This document shows, one piece after another, positions 27,410-41,029 of a DNA stretch of 64,000 bases. How positions within the stretch are numbered: the stretch's first letter is position 1; the number at the start of each line of letters is the position of its first letter. This DNA is from Chrysomallon squamiferum (lineage: Eukaryota > Animalia > Mollusca): assembly GCA_012295275.1 (NCBI GenBank), contig CM022677.1, forward strand, positions 4,092,001 to 4,156,000, read 5' to 3'. The notes beneath the pieces are model-generated. The model did no database searches. It was not told where the DNA came from and worked only from the letters and a program-made list of their open reading frames with translations. A program made the position numbers and the translations under genes.

Positions 27410-29532
27410 TAATAATAACTATTACAGATAAACCTCAGTTTAATCATATAAACATGTCATGTTAATAATAAAAATACTGACAGTGAATACAACGTAAATT
27501 CCGACGCGCAGTCTTTCTTCAGATATCCGTAGAAAATTAGTATAATTCTCAATTTGCCAGTACAACCGTTGTGACTCTAAAAGCCTTCTCTCCATCTGCA
27601 ATCTTAATACTGTTTGAATTATACAGAGATACTCGTATTTTCCTGTAATATATAATCAATAAATTGTGAAAAAAAAAAAAAAAAAAAATAATAATAATAA
27701 TAATAACACACATATACTCACACAATTCCTTAGTTGTTATTAAAGTTTAATTTTTTTATTTTTTATCACTTAACCTGTTCTATAATTCTCGATTTACACT
27801 GATTCTACATTCTGTCATATTAACTGCGCTCCTACTAAACATGATTTAAAAAAAAAAAAAAAAAAAATCATAAATAAAAATGAAATATTTACTCTATTTA
27901 TACGGCGTTATTTGATTTTAATAACCTTTTCCAGCAATATCGCCTTTCTGTTCTGTATTCTCTAATAGTTAAATACAAAATGTTTGACATTATACAGCGC
28001 CGTGTTTCACAGTAATATGTGGGTAAGTAACAGAAAATAACATTGCGCCGTTTCTTAAACTACATTTTGATAACCGTGACATAGTCAAAAAATAAAATTT
28101 TGTTTTCAGTTACAGCACAGAAGATTTTATTAATAACGGCATTAACTTGATAAGAATAATAATTTTCTGCAGATGACAGATAGCTGTCTGACTTTTTCTA
28201 TTGTTAGTAGAAAAGTATATTAATTAGTTTTGTGAAAGGAAATATTTCTACTATAAAATAAGAATATAATTACCAAGATATTCAGTTTTGCACCTATTAA
28301 AAAGAAAACACGGAGAAGTCTGGGAAAAGTGAAACTTATTAATGTATTTTCACTCAGTGATTCTGTATTTTATCTATATTTATCTATTATTATCATTATA
28401 TTCAGAGGTGATCTAATACAATGAAATATGAATTTTCGAGGTAAACTACAAAAATTATTGATATTTTAAGTTTGTTTTGATAATGACGTGTAAAAACATC
28501 AGTGTTAAACAGCAGCACAGTTATTATAAGATTCAGGTAATTTTCGCTCATTGTCTCAAATTATTCCTCCTGTAAACTGCTGGTAGTAAATTAAAACGTA
28601 AATTCTGTCCAGCGTTCTCAAATTATCTTCAGAAAAATACGCTCATAGAAACTAAATATGATATTTATGTCATTAATTCTCGTTATTAATATAAATTACT
28701 GTGATTCCATTAAGCTAGCAGCTAGGTTTTAAAGTTATACTATTCTGTTATTTACAAAATATTTTTAAAGTTTTGTAGAAGACACATGGATAGGCATGTT
28801 GTTGTTTTTTTGTGTGTTTTTTTAATGATATAACTAACAAATTATAATATTAATACAGTAGACATCTCCTAGTAGAATAAAATGTAACTGTAAGTGAAAT
28901 TATCAGTATTGTTTATGATGCAAAATAAAGGTAAAACATAATAAAACATCACGTTATTTTCACTCAATATCAGTTTATAATATAAACGTCGCTGGTTTTA
29001 TACATGAAACGAGAATTACGTCGCGTTTTACAAAACAGAAAACTTCGCTTATCTCTGTGAATTTTAATTTTAATGTCGTTTGCTTTGAAAAATCAAATTC
29101 TGTGATTCAAGTAAAGTGTAACTTCTCACGTGTTCAGTATTAATTTTTTTTTTTTTTTTTTTTTTTATAGAGAAGAAACTGTAACTCAGTTTAAGAGAAA
29201 AATATTGTCACAAGAGAGTGGCTTCCCCTGTATAATCTAGTCGTTAAGTTATTTATTTCTGAATTTACAAGTCGAGCGCTGTAAAATGCCACTATAAAAT
29301 TAACAGGTCAGATCCATATAAATGTGATATTTGATTAACAGCAGAACAGATTTCACTAAAAAGCTCTGTATGATACTGAAAACTGAGCTTTTACTTTATA
29401 GGAATCCATTCACTTTTGTTGATTCGTTGATAATAAATGATGTCAACATGAGCGCAGTTTTCACAGCGACATTTACTGTTATTAACGCTATCAAAATTAT
29501 TCTTGAAAAGCCGATGATATTCCTTTAGCTGA

Positions 29533-29569
<37 letters not shown>

Positions 29570-29877
29570 TAATGATATATACATATTTGTTATGATGTAA
29601 ATCAAAGGTGAACGTAATAAAATATCGATGTAAGCAGTGGGTTTTTTACTAAGATGGAACGTAATTTCCGCTCAGTCTGTTTAGTCATAGAAGCTGCACA
29701 GCTGGTACTAAATAAAAACGTAAATTCTGTCGAGCAGCCTCAAATTATCTTCAGAAAACTACCAAATTAAATATGGTATTATACACAGAAATTAAAGATA
29801 AACTGGTATAATATTGGTTACCATATTTAAAAATATGGTTTATTTGAAAGACCCTCTCTATTTCTCAACAACAAAAA

Positions 29878-29916
<39 letters not shown>

Positions 29917-31288
29917 AATATGTATAGTTTTATAAAATTTGTTTTAGAGAGCCATGAAAAGATATTATTAGTAGTAAACAATTAAAAAAAGAAACATTAA
30001 GTTTATCCAGCAGCGCAGTTTATAAAGCAAAATGTAGAATCGGGAAAAATAATATGATATTTTATATTCATTTCAAATTCTTCACATTTTCCTCCATTTT
30101 TTATTTAACATTGTCTTCGCCTTGGAAACTTGTTTTACATGGAAGACTGTAAAATTGATGACATAATAGAGATGCACAAAGATTTAGATAGAACAATAAT
30201 AATAATAATAGTTTGGACTGTTCATAGAAAGAAGCAGGCGGCGACAGAAAATTGTTAAAACTGTGTAGAATTTATGAATTGACAGAGAAACACGTGGACA
30301 GATGTGGGTATATGTATTTGGCTGTTAGAAAAACATACATACATATACACTAGTTGTGTGAGTGAATGTGTGTACTGAAGGAAATTTTTGTATGTGGTAT
30401 CTGAGGCATGGATACCGAGCGATAGACAGACAGACGTGAATGTGAAAGGATGAGTTGGTACAGACATGTTATCTGTGAGAAAGAGTTAATGTGTTTGTTG
30501 TCAGATAACTGCTGCATGTGAAAGACAGTGTCCTTGTTTATGTATAAATAAATACAGGTTCCTAGTGTTTTGACTGTTGTTTTGTTTTTAAAAAATGAAT
30601 AGAAATAAAATGATATACAATTAGATATAAAAATACAATTAATAACTGGATTATTTTAAGGATTTATTCTTATATCTTGATTTTGAATTGTTGTCATTAA
30701 CATTAAAAGATATTTGAAAAAAGCTGAAATTAAAGAGTAATTTTAGCTCTATTAAAACCAATATCTTTTTTAAAAACAGATTTGCAGTAATTTTTATTTT
30801 AAAGAAAATGAAAATGAAACGATGTATGTGTGTATATAATAATAATAATAATAATACATTTTAAAAATGTATAATTAATTTGCTTCATTATTGCTTCATT
30901 ATGAAAGTCTGAGACATCAAATGAAAGTGAAATGGTTCATAATACAAAATCTTAAAGGCATATGTCACTATAATTCATTATTGGAATGCATTGTTACAAA
31001 GGTGGGGTTTAGTTTTGTCTTGAAATGCTATTATAATTATACTTCCTATTTAATAAACTTCAGTTTGATTAGTAACATTATGCGGAGTGATCTTGACTGC
31101 TCAAGGTTTATGTTGTATAAAAAATTCACTGTTTTTATTCAAGGGGCAAATCGAAAAAGAAAAGTGTTTTAAGCGAAATAGCAAATTTACAGTAATTAAT
31201 TAAGTAATAATAGTAAATCAAATAAACCAACAAATAATGGAAACTCGTTGTTTAGAAACTGTTGAATTTAATATTGGAATATTTTGCT

Positions 31289-31322
<34 letters not shown>

Positions 31323-31439
31323 CAATTAACTGAATTCATCTAAAAGTAGTAAATCGAATTTAGCTCAGTCTTTTTTGTGTAATTACAAACACATTAAACA
31401 GAGTTATTTCCCTTAGACCATTAATGCTTATGCAATGTC

Positions 31440-31493
31440 ATCTATTAATAGTCTAAGGGAAATAACTCTATTTATCAAGTTTGTAAAAAAAAA

Positions 31494-31541
<48 letters not shown>

Positions 31542-34105
31542 GAATACCATTTTTGTTGATTAGTGTTCATTCTAGCGCTTTGATTGTTTGTTTTTGTAAA
31601 ATCGAACAAAATGTATATATAAAAAATAATAATTAAATCAGATTATCTTTTGCTAGTTGACAACAAATAACGAAGATATTGATCAGTATATAAATAATAA
31701 AACTAAAAACAGACAAAGACTAGTCTTTATTTATTTTTGTTTTCAAATATTTGAATGTGCCTTAACATTTTTAATGTTAACAAATTGAAAAATTTCAGCA
31801 TGATTTTCCATTTTGATTATTGTTTTTAGATAAGATGCAATGGGTTTGATTTTGTATATGTCTGGATTTAAAACAGTTAAGAACAAATAATGTTTTTGTA
31901 AAAAATAATATTTGTACTGTCACTCATTTATGTAACATGTCCTGGTTGTATTTTATTATTTTATATCTTTTATTATTTATTTATGAATTTATTTATTTAT
32001 TTATTTAATTTCATTTTTTCCCCTAGCTTTTTAATTAAATTAATTCAATACAGATTATAAAATACTTGGAAGACATTTCCATTTGCACATATTTGAAATA
32101 ATTTTTTGAATTTTTCCAACATGTGAAAGGCTAATTATAAACTACTGAGAAAAATTACATTTATGTACATTTTTTCTCTTCTTTGATTTTTATCATTTTT
32201 AAATTATGATTTTCTATTTTTAAAGATTCCTTATTGAAATAATTCAATTATTCTTTCTAAAGTGGGAAAGTTGCTAGAAATGTCTAAACAGAAATATCTG
32301 AATATTTAAGTTTTACTATCTAGCCAGGTTTTTAAGTAATTTCAACTTGAAGATGATCATGTTTCTTCTAATTAAAAATAACAAAGTCATGGTTAAAGCA
32401 AATAAAATTTTAATTTAGTTAACAGTTTACATTAGAAATAAATTATTATAATATTTTTTATTTTTTTATTACTTTTTTGGGATAGTTATATAATATATTC
32501 TTTTTACCCCTAATTACATAATTTAAATATATTTACACAATTATTACCCCCTGAATTAAAGATTGTTTTCCCAACTTTTTTGTATAAAAAATTGTAATTA
32601 CCCCTAATGACATAATTTTCAATTATATATATACATTTATTACCCCCACCAAACCCCTGATTTTACCCTGATTTAAATAACATAAAGAAAAAATGTTGTT
32701 TTATTGTGTTTTAATAAAAACTTCAAATACCTCTAATTACATAGTTTTAAATATATTTAGACTGATTAACCCCAACAAACCTTTGATTTACCCCGATTTA
32801 AATAATATAAAAATTAGATTAAAAAAGTTAACACTATGCACTATCACACTGATTTTAGCTTATTTACAAAGATGACATTCCATAGCAATGATGAATCTCC
32901 ATTCCTCTTTCAGTGAGAAAAGATTAGAATAACCAAGCACACATCAATGATAAAAACAGTGCAAGCTGCTATGAAGTACAATGTGTACACACTGGATGTT
33001 CTCATCACATTGACAATGCAGTCTCTTGGAGATCACTGAATTTTCACAATTCAAATTACATTTCAGACAGATTTTCTCTTGAAAGACTGATGTAATAGTT
33101 TTCTGGTGAATCTTTTCTGAAAATGCAGTGCTGGCTGAGGCAGCTTAAATCTGTTGTCTAGAATCCTACAACTAAAATATAATATTAATTAATAAACTAA
33201 ACATAAAATAAAGTGAAAGACGCTCTAACTGCATTTCATTGTCTTATCAAGAAGAATTTTAGTCCAAATTTTTATTTTTTCCATGCAATTTAAAATTTAA
33301 ATAATTTATTAAAGGTTTTTATATTCTTAATTTCAATTAGATTAATATTGTAAATTTCTTTCACCTGTATTAAATCTATCTTTTTTCTGAGATTAGGGAG
33401 AGATATTAAAAATAGCAAATTACAAATTTATACAACTGTTCTGTTCACTGCTCTATTAGACTGGCAAGTAAATTATTACAAAGTTTGTTCTTGCATAAAC
33501 CATTATTACATTGATTCTGTACAAGCTAAACTTAACATATCAAGCAAATAGGTTTGCTTTATAAAACATTTATATAAAATTATCAGTATATAAAAATAAA
33601 ATCATCAAAGAAGACAAACAGTGTAAATATTTAAATTTAATTAATTGTTAATGTAATCTGAAAAAATCCTGACAATTTTCTTATAATTTCTCAGAAGAAA
33701 AAAGATAAATGCAGTTGAACTCATTTGACTTAAGCATAAATACAAAATGAATTAGTACATTTAATTGGCTATATTGTTATTTCTAAAACTGATTAATAAA
33801 CCCTGATATAATTAATAAGTAAAACTATTTTGAGAACAATGTAAAGTTAATGAAGAAATAAAATGTGAGAAGACAAAACAAAATATGTTACTGATCAGTG
33901 AAAACATAATGTGTATTATATACTATATCCTTTTACAATCCTTCTTGGGGCTTTTGTTTTTTGTTTTAAAGAAAAACAAAATTGTTGATATTTTCTAGCT
34001 ATATATTATTATTTATAGTCCAGATAAGATGGAAACACATGAGTGAGAGCTACTAAAAATAAAAAAGTAAAGTGATGCAATCCATACAATGAGAAAAACT
34101 GCTGA
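31440..34105 (-). repeat. Dispersed repeat family A, copy 2
   Basis: Inverted match to 9850-11240; direct match of 32297-34105 to 58042-60150. Confidence 0.9.
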
Positions 34106-34890
34106 CAGAAGCTTGGAATTTCCTAAACAAACAGTTCTACAGATTTCCTAAAATCACTCATCTAGATCCATTACTAAAATACACCATTAACATAAATGAA
34201 ATAACAATAAATCATTTCTTGATCATATTTCAGGCTCTGAATAAAACGAAGTTGAACTTAAAAATACTGAAACATAAATAAATCCTAGTGAAAACATTAA
34301 ATTATCTCTCAAAATGCACTTTTATATATTACATGCAAATAGTAATAAATACAAAATAAAAGATTATACTTTAGCTATTAAAGTGCAGATCACTTAATAA
34401 CTTAAAACAATATTATTTGCTTCACTATTATTTTGAGTAGATTAATCACCATCAAACAACACATACAACTAATCTTCATGACCTGAACAACAACAACAAC
34501 AACAACAACAAAAATTAAAAATTATTTTAAAAAATGAGTCACGTCCATCAGTTTCAAATTTGTTTACATTCTGTATCAGTGAAATATTTTTACTATCACA
34601 AAGCAAGACTTGAAAAATTAAGATTCAGTATATCTTTAATGAACCTGTAATATTAATTTTCATGCTTTATTATTATTAAAAATTAGTATAAAAAATATTA
34701 ATTTCAAAACCACTCAAAGTAAGAGAAATGTGCTTAGACTTCTCTTCAAAGTACACTTTATTATATATTTTTTTCTTTTAACAAGCAGCGTGTTAAAATT
34801 GATGCATCTTACATGAATATCATATTCAAATGTCATTTCTGCATTAAAATTATTAAAAAAAAAAGAGAAAAGAGAAAAAGAAGGTTATAC

Positions 34891-36254
34891 CATAACTCCA
34901 GACATCAGTTTTGTGTGTGAATATTCTGTCCAGAGCTAACCACTTGATTGGCATCTGAAACAGTGAAAAAAAAAAAAATCTAGTTTTTCATACATTTTCC
35001 AGTTTATAGCATAATATCTGAAATTTAATCTTTCTAAAATTTCAGCATATCAATGTTCCCAGTTAATAAAAAAAAATGAATTAAGACTATTCCAAGTTTC
35101 AGTTTGTAAGTTACCTATTAATAAGAAAATTGAATTTCAACTATTCAGATTTTCAGTTTGTAAGTTCCCTATTAATAAGAAAACAGAATTTAAACTTCAA
35201 TATTTAAAATCTGAATTTGAACCAATTAAGAAATGTGAATTACTACTGTTCCTCTCACTTTTCTGCCAGCAGCTTAGTACTCTTCATCAATGTAATCAAG
35301 AAGCTTACCTAATCCAAAATCTGTAATCTTCACCTGATTCGGGGTTTGTACTGTACAAAGATAAAAAAAGTACATTTCTTGCAGCTAGATATCAATGGAC
35401 AATACCCCTTTCCTCTAAATAAATCATTCCCTGAAAACAACACAGTTTATATGTGTTGTGTATGTGTTGTGTATGTGTTGTGTATGTGTGTGATTAAGCA
35501 TGTGTTTGTATGTCTCTCTGTGTTTTGTGTATAAATATGTTGTGTGTATCTGTGTTGTGTGTGTGTTGCATATTGTGTTTGTGTGTATTTGTGTGCATCT
35601 ATATGTTGTGTGTGTATCTGTGTGTTGTATGTGTGTGTCTGTGTTTTTTATGTGTGTATCTGAGTGTTGTGTATTGTGTTTGTGTATTTGTGTCTGTCTG
35701 TGTGCATCTATATGTTGTGTGTGTATCTGTGTTGTATGTGTTTATCTGAGTTGTGTATTGTGTTTTTGTGTATTTGTGTGTCTCTGTGCATCTATATGTT
35801 GTGTGTGTATCTGTGTGTTGTGCTGTGTGTATGTGTGTGTGTCTTGTGTATATGTGTGTGTGTCTGTATGTATCTGTGTGTTTTGTGTGTGTATGTGTGT
35901 GTGTATGTGTGTGAATGCTCTGTGTGTATGTGTGTGTGTTTTGTGTGTGTATGGGTGTGTATATTTGACAACACTCACACTGGCTATCTGAGTACATCAG
36001 TTGAGGAGGACTTTAGATCCAATGAGGTCTTTGTTTTTTCTCACGAGAACACAGCCAAGTGACATCAGCTGAGTGATCAACATCATCTGTGCCGTCATGC
36101 ACACTGCAAGGATTCTGACACAGCAAGGATGCTTCACTGACACCATCACCCATGCCTCCTCTAACAGCTCCTTGATCTGGTTAGGAGTCCCCTCCTTTAA
36201 CACTTTAATAGCTACTGGAATCTTGACATTTTCTCCTTCTGGTATCCAGTATCC
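34891..36254 (-). pseudogene. EGFR: EGFR/ErbB-family receptor tyrosine kinase domain fragment; exons 35979-36254, 35259-35350, 34891-34954
   Basis: GYWIPEGENVKIPVAIKVL..ELLEEAWVM..LITQLMSLGCVLVRKNKDLIGSKVLLN*CTQIAS | (V)QTPNQVKITDFGLGKLLDYIDEEY*AAGRK | MPIKWLALDRIFTHKTDVWSY(G). Intron positions match those remembered for vertebrate EGFR exons 20/21, 21/22 and 22/23. Two stops; HRD segment absent. Confidence 0.93.
35445..35965. repeat. Degenerate (GT)n tract in the EGFR-fragment intron
   Basis: Direct reading. Confidence 0.9.
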
Positions 36255-36329
36255 CTGGTTAATAGTAACAATAGTAATAACAACAACAACAATAATAAAA
36301 CAGTAATGATAATAATAATAATGACAGTA

Positions 36330-37965
36330 CATTCACCAGTGTGTCCAGTTCACCACTGATTTAACACTAACAGCAAACACACTGCAGCACTGAGTCAATG
36401 AGAAGTTGTAAATGAGTTGAATTGTGACCACCACCCTGTACTCACAAATTACTATAACTAGAAAACCTTCTCCACCAACTCAGTATTTACATCCAAATGA
36501 AATTTCACCAAAGCAGATTGGGAAGGATTCTACAAAGAATGGAACAAATATTAGAATAAAACAACCCAAAACTAATGACTCACATTGCACTTCACTTACA
36601 ACATGATAGACTCAGCTGTCACTGAACACAAAACTAAAACCAAAAACTGCACTAACAAAATATCCACTGAGTGGTGAACTGAGCTTATTGGAAATAAATA
36701 AATACAGAAGACAATACAAAAAAATCAAAACAAAATCTAAACAAAAATCAAACTACACTTGAAAAATACAAAACAATCAAAAACATTAGTAATAATACTT
36801 GGTCTTTTTAATGCAACTTGGTAAACAGACTGGAAACTTGCATAAACCTTACAAATACCATTCACTACCAATCAATTGCAGACCAGTTACACTAACATCA
36901 CACATGTAAAACCCTTGACACACTGGTAAAACACACATCTGAACAAACACTTAAACAATAACAATTTAACAAGTAAATAACAAAACACTACAACAGTTTA
37001 CTAAATTCCATTCAGTAAATAAAAAATTAAAAAAGTAATTACAGTAGTCATAGATTTCTAAACAACCAAATACAAACATACTAAACAACTTGAATGACTG
37101 CCTTTAAACTGAGAGATCAAGATTTCACTTAGACAGCATGCCTCCTCTCTAATAAAGTAAAATAAAAAAGAAAGGTAACAGGAAAATAACACTAGAAATA
37201 GATAACCATTTAATAACTAAGAAAAACATTCAAATTTCACATTCAACAGCCAACTTCGGATGCCATATAGAGAAAATAATCACATCTTGTAAAAACTTTT
37301 ACCAAGCATCAAACTGCCTGACAGTCTCGTGTTAGAATAAAACATACAACCATTAAAATACAGACAAAAACTACACACACTAAAATACTGTGTTAAAATC
37401 CACTCTCAGTAATAAACATCTCATGATCAACCCTTTAAAACTCACCTTTCACTACAGTCTAGTTTTAAAACTCACCTTTCACTACAGTCTAGTTTTAAAA
37501 CTCACCTTTCACTACAATCTAGTTTTAAAACTCACCTTTCACTACAGTCTAGTTTTAAAACTCACCTTTCACTACAGTCTAGTTTTAAAACTCACCTTTC
37601 ACTACAATCTAGTTTTAAAACTCACCTTTCACTACAATCTAGTTTTAAAACTCACCTTTCACTACTATATAGTTTTAAAACTCACCTTTCACTACAATCT
37701 AGTTTTAAAACTCACCTTTCACTACAATCTAGTTTTAAAACTCACCTTTCACTACAATCTAGTTTTAAAACACACCTTTCACTACAATCTAGTTTTAAAA
37801 CTCACCTTTCACTACAATTTAGTTTTAAAACTCACCTTTCACTGCTATCTAGTTTTAAAACTCACCTTTCACTACAGTCTAGTTTTAAAACTCACCTTTC
37901 ACTACAATCTAGTTTTAAAACTCACCTTTCACTACAATCTAGTTTTTAAACACACCTTTCACTAA
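36330..37965 (-). repeat. Dispersed repeat family B, copy 2, including about 17 copies of the 30-bp minisatellite (37434-37963)
   Basis: Unit ctcacctttcactacaatctagttttaaaa is the reverse complement of the 13475-13748 unit. The flank is homologous to 13750-14130. Confidence 0.9.
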
Positions 37966-37972
37966 ATTGACT

Positions 37973-38020
<48 letters not shown>

Positions 38021-38137
38021 TATTATTATTATTAGTAGTAGTAGTAGTGGTAGTAGTAGTAGTATTATCTATATTTGTGCATTCTTAATATATTTCATAT
38101 ATTTAAAATGGTCTTTATTAAAAACTTAATATTTCTT

Positions 38138-38646
38138 TAACAAATACTATTAACAAATACTAACCATTAATCAAATACTAACATTTAACAAATACTAACT
38201 ATTAACAAATACTAACCATTAACCAAATATTAACATTTAACAAATACTATTAACAAATACTAACCATTAACCAAATACTAACATTTAATCAAATACTAAC
38301 ATTTAACAAATACTAACCATTAACAAATACTAACCATTAACAAATACTAACATTAACCAAATACTAACATTTAACAAATACTAACATTTAACAAAATACT
38401 AACATTTAACAAAATACTAACATTTAACAAAATACTAACATTTAACAAATACTAACCATTAACCAAATACTAACATTTAACAAATACTAACATTTAACAA
38501 ATACTAACATTTAACAAATACTAACATTTAACAAATACTAACATTTAACAAATACTAACATTTAACAAAATACTAACAATTAACAAATACTAACTATTAA
38601 CAAATACTAACCATTAACAAATACTAACATTTAACAAATACTAACT
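38138..38646 (+). repeat. About 17-bp minisatellite (aacaaatactaacattt)n
   Basis: About 30 degenerate copies. Confidence 0.9.
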
Positions 38647-38849
38647 CTCACTAACATCCCCTACGTGTACTGAACCTCACCGTGGTGTAGGGTGGCAACA
38701 TTTCCAAAGGGAATGGCTAATTAGTACATTAATATAATAACATTTAATTGGTTAGATAGATAGACAGATAGATTGATTATGATAAATAGATATACCTACA
38801 TAGATAGTTACTGAAGATAGATGAACAGATGGATACATAGGGTATTGCT

Positions 38850-39290
38850 ACTTTTTCTAATTTCGAATAGTGTCATTAATTTGAAAGCCCTTTCTATTTT
38901 CAGACAGACAGACAGACAGGCCAACAGAGATTAGACAGAAGTGAGTACTCAAGAATAAGTTATGAGATAGAGTAAGAAAGCCAGAGGGAAATCTCTCACA
39001 GAAAATATTATACACACTTCTTATCCTAATTTCAAAATTTTAAATATATTTATACAATGATTACCCCCACTTTTTCTAATTTCAAATAGTATCATTAATT
39101 TGAAAGCCCTTTCTATTTACAGACAGACAGACAGGCCAACAGAGATTAGACAGAAGTGAGTACTCAAGAATAAGTTATGAGATATACACATTTCCCTCTG
39201 GCTTTCTTACTCTATCTCTCACAGAAAATATTATACACACTTCTTATCCTAATTTCAAAATTTTAAATATATTTATACAATGATTACCCC
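38850..39290 (+). repeat. Tandem duplication of about 220 bp with an internal 27-bp inversion
   Basis: 38850-39068 vs 39070-39290. Confidence 0.9.
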
Positions 39291-40020
39291 CAAGAAAACC
39301 TGGATTTTCCCCTGATATAAATAATTTAAAAAAGGAAAGATAAAATAATTTTTTCGTTTGGCTTTTTGTTTTTTTAAATTTTTTTGGTGAATTTATATAT
39401 ATATATTTTTTTAATTTAGAAAAATTCCAATTACTCCTAATTACATAATCTTCAATTACATTTACATTAATTACCCCCAACAAATTCTTGATTTCCCTTG
39501 ATCTAAATAATATAAAAAAATGGTAAAAGAATACATATAATATATATATATAATTCTAATTACCCCTAATTACATAATTTTAGATATATTTTCACAATTA
39601 TAACCCCCGACAAAGCCTTGATTTCCCCTGATTTAGATAATGTAAAGAAAAAGAAGATAAAATAAATAAAAAAATGTTTTGGTTTGGATTTTCGTTCTTT
39701 AAATTTTTTTGTGAGTTTTTAAAAAAATTATATAAAAATTCTAATTACCCCTAATTACATAATTTTAAATATATTTACTACACTGATTACCCCAACAAAC
39801 ACTTCATTTTCCCCTGATTTAAATAATATAAAAATTAGATGATTAAAAAAACACCTCTATGCACTATCACATTATTAGAATAACCATGCACACAACAATG
39901 ATAAAAACAGTGTATACTCTTATTTTAATCATCAGTGGACTGATCATTCTGAAGATGTATATCACTCAACTCTCCTCATCTTTTCATTATTTGTTTTTTA
40001 TTATATGTTATGAAGACAAA
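39250..40020 (-). repeat. Partial copy of dispersed repeat family A
   Basis: aattacccctaattacataatttt subrepeats and attagaataacca.gcaca..caatgataaaaacagtg are shared with 32500-32960 and 58200-58880. Confidence 0.8.
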
Positions 40021-40111
40021 TCTTATGGTAATTTGCATTCTTCACTTTATTAACATGAAAGTTGCACACTTTAAGAAAAAAACAAATCATTAATTTACCA
40101 GAGAAGCAGAA

Positions 40112-40758
40112 TGTTGCAGGGTGGTACATCCTGATCCACCCAACATCTATGTCAGAACTATTTCACTTCTGCATCTTGTCTAGAAAGAGCAAGTCTTGCA
40201 GGGTGGTACATCCTGATCCACCCAACATCCATGTCAGAACTATTTCACTTCTGCATCTTGTCTAGAAAGAGCAAGTGTCGCAGGGTGGTACATCCTGATC
40301 CACCCAACATCTATGTCAGAACTATTTCACTTCTGCATCTTGTCTAGAAAGAGCAAGTGTCGCAGGGTGGTACATCCTGATCCACCCAACATCCATGTCA
40401 GAACTATTTCACTTCTGCATCTTGTCTAGAAAGAGCAAGTGTCGCAGGGTGGTACATCCTGATCCACCCAACATCCATGTCAGAACTATTTCACTTCTGC
40501 ATCTTGTCTAGAAAGAGCAAGTGTCGCAGGGTGGTACATCCTGATCCACCCAACATCCATGTCAGAACTATTTCACTTCTGCATCTTGTCTAGAAAGAAA
40601 GAGCAAGTGTCGCAGGGTGGTACATCCTGATCCACCCAACATCCATGTCAGAACTATTTCACTTCTGCATCTTGTCTAGAAAGAGCAAGTGTCGCAGGGT
40701 GGTACATCCTGATCCACCCTACATACACTATTTCACTTCTGCATCTTGTCTAGAAAGA
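40112..40758 (+). repeat. 82-bp tandem repeat, about 8 copies
   Basis: gcagggtggtacatcctgatccaccc begins at 40116, 40198, 40280 and onward. Confidence 0.95.
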
Positions 40759-41029
40759 GAAAGTTTAGGAATGAAGGATAGCATTACAACTAATTATTCT
40801 ATATACTGGATAAGCACAACTAACACTAATTATAAATTATTTTATGCCAGTTAAAAACAAATAAAATACATTAAAGTAAATTTTAAAAAATGGAATAAAA
40901 ATGATAAAGGCGGAAAGACAAAAACAAAATATGTTACTGATTAGTGAGAGACAAAAATAATATTTTTACCAACAGTTTCAAGTTAGTGTTAATGTAGCTG
41001 CATGTCTTGTCTGACAAAAGGTTGAATGC

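Noticed and set aside
35346-36062. Cys/Val- and His/Thr-rich ORFs
   Set aside because: Products of the degenerate (GT)n intron tract.
34891-36254. Functional EGFR pseudokinase
   Set aside because: Two in-frame stops, a broken acceptor phase and no flanking EGFR exons in the window.
37390-37965. 191-aa ORF (LKLTFHYNLV)n, and the 13456-13776 ORF
   Set aside because: Translations of the 30-bp minisatellite.
38655-38700. Possible tRNA/SINE head or Helitron 3' hairpin (ccctac..caccgtggtg..gtaggg)
   Set aside because: Pairing is short, there is no cloverleaf or A/B box, and there is no adjacent CTRR end.
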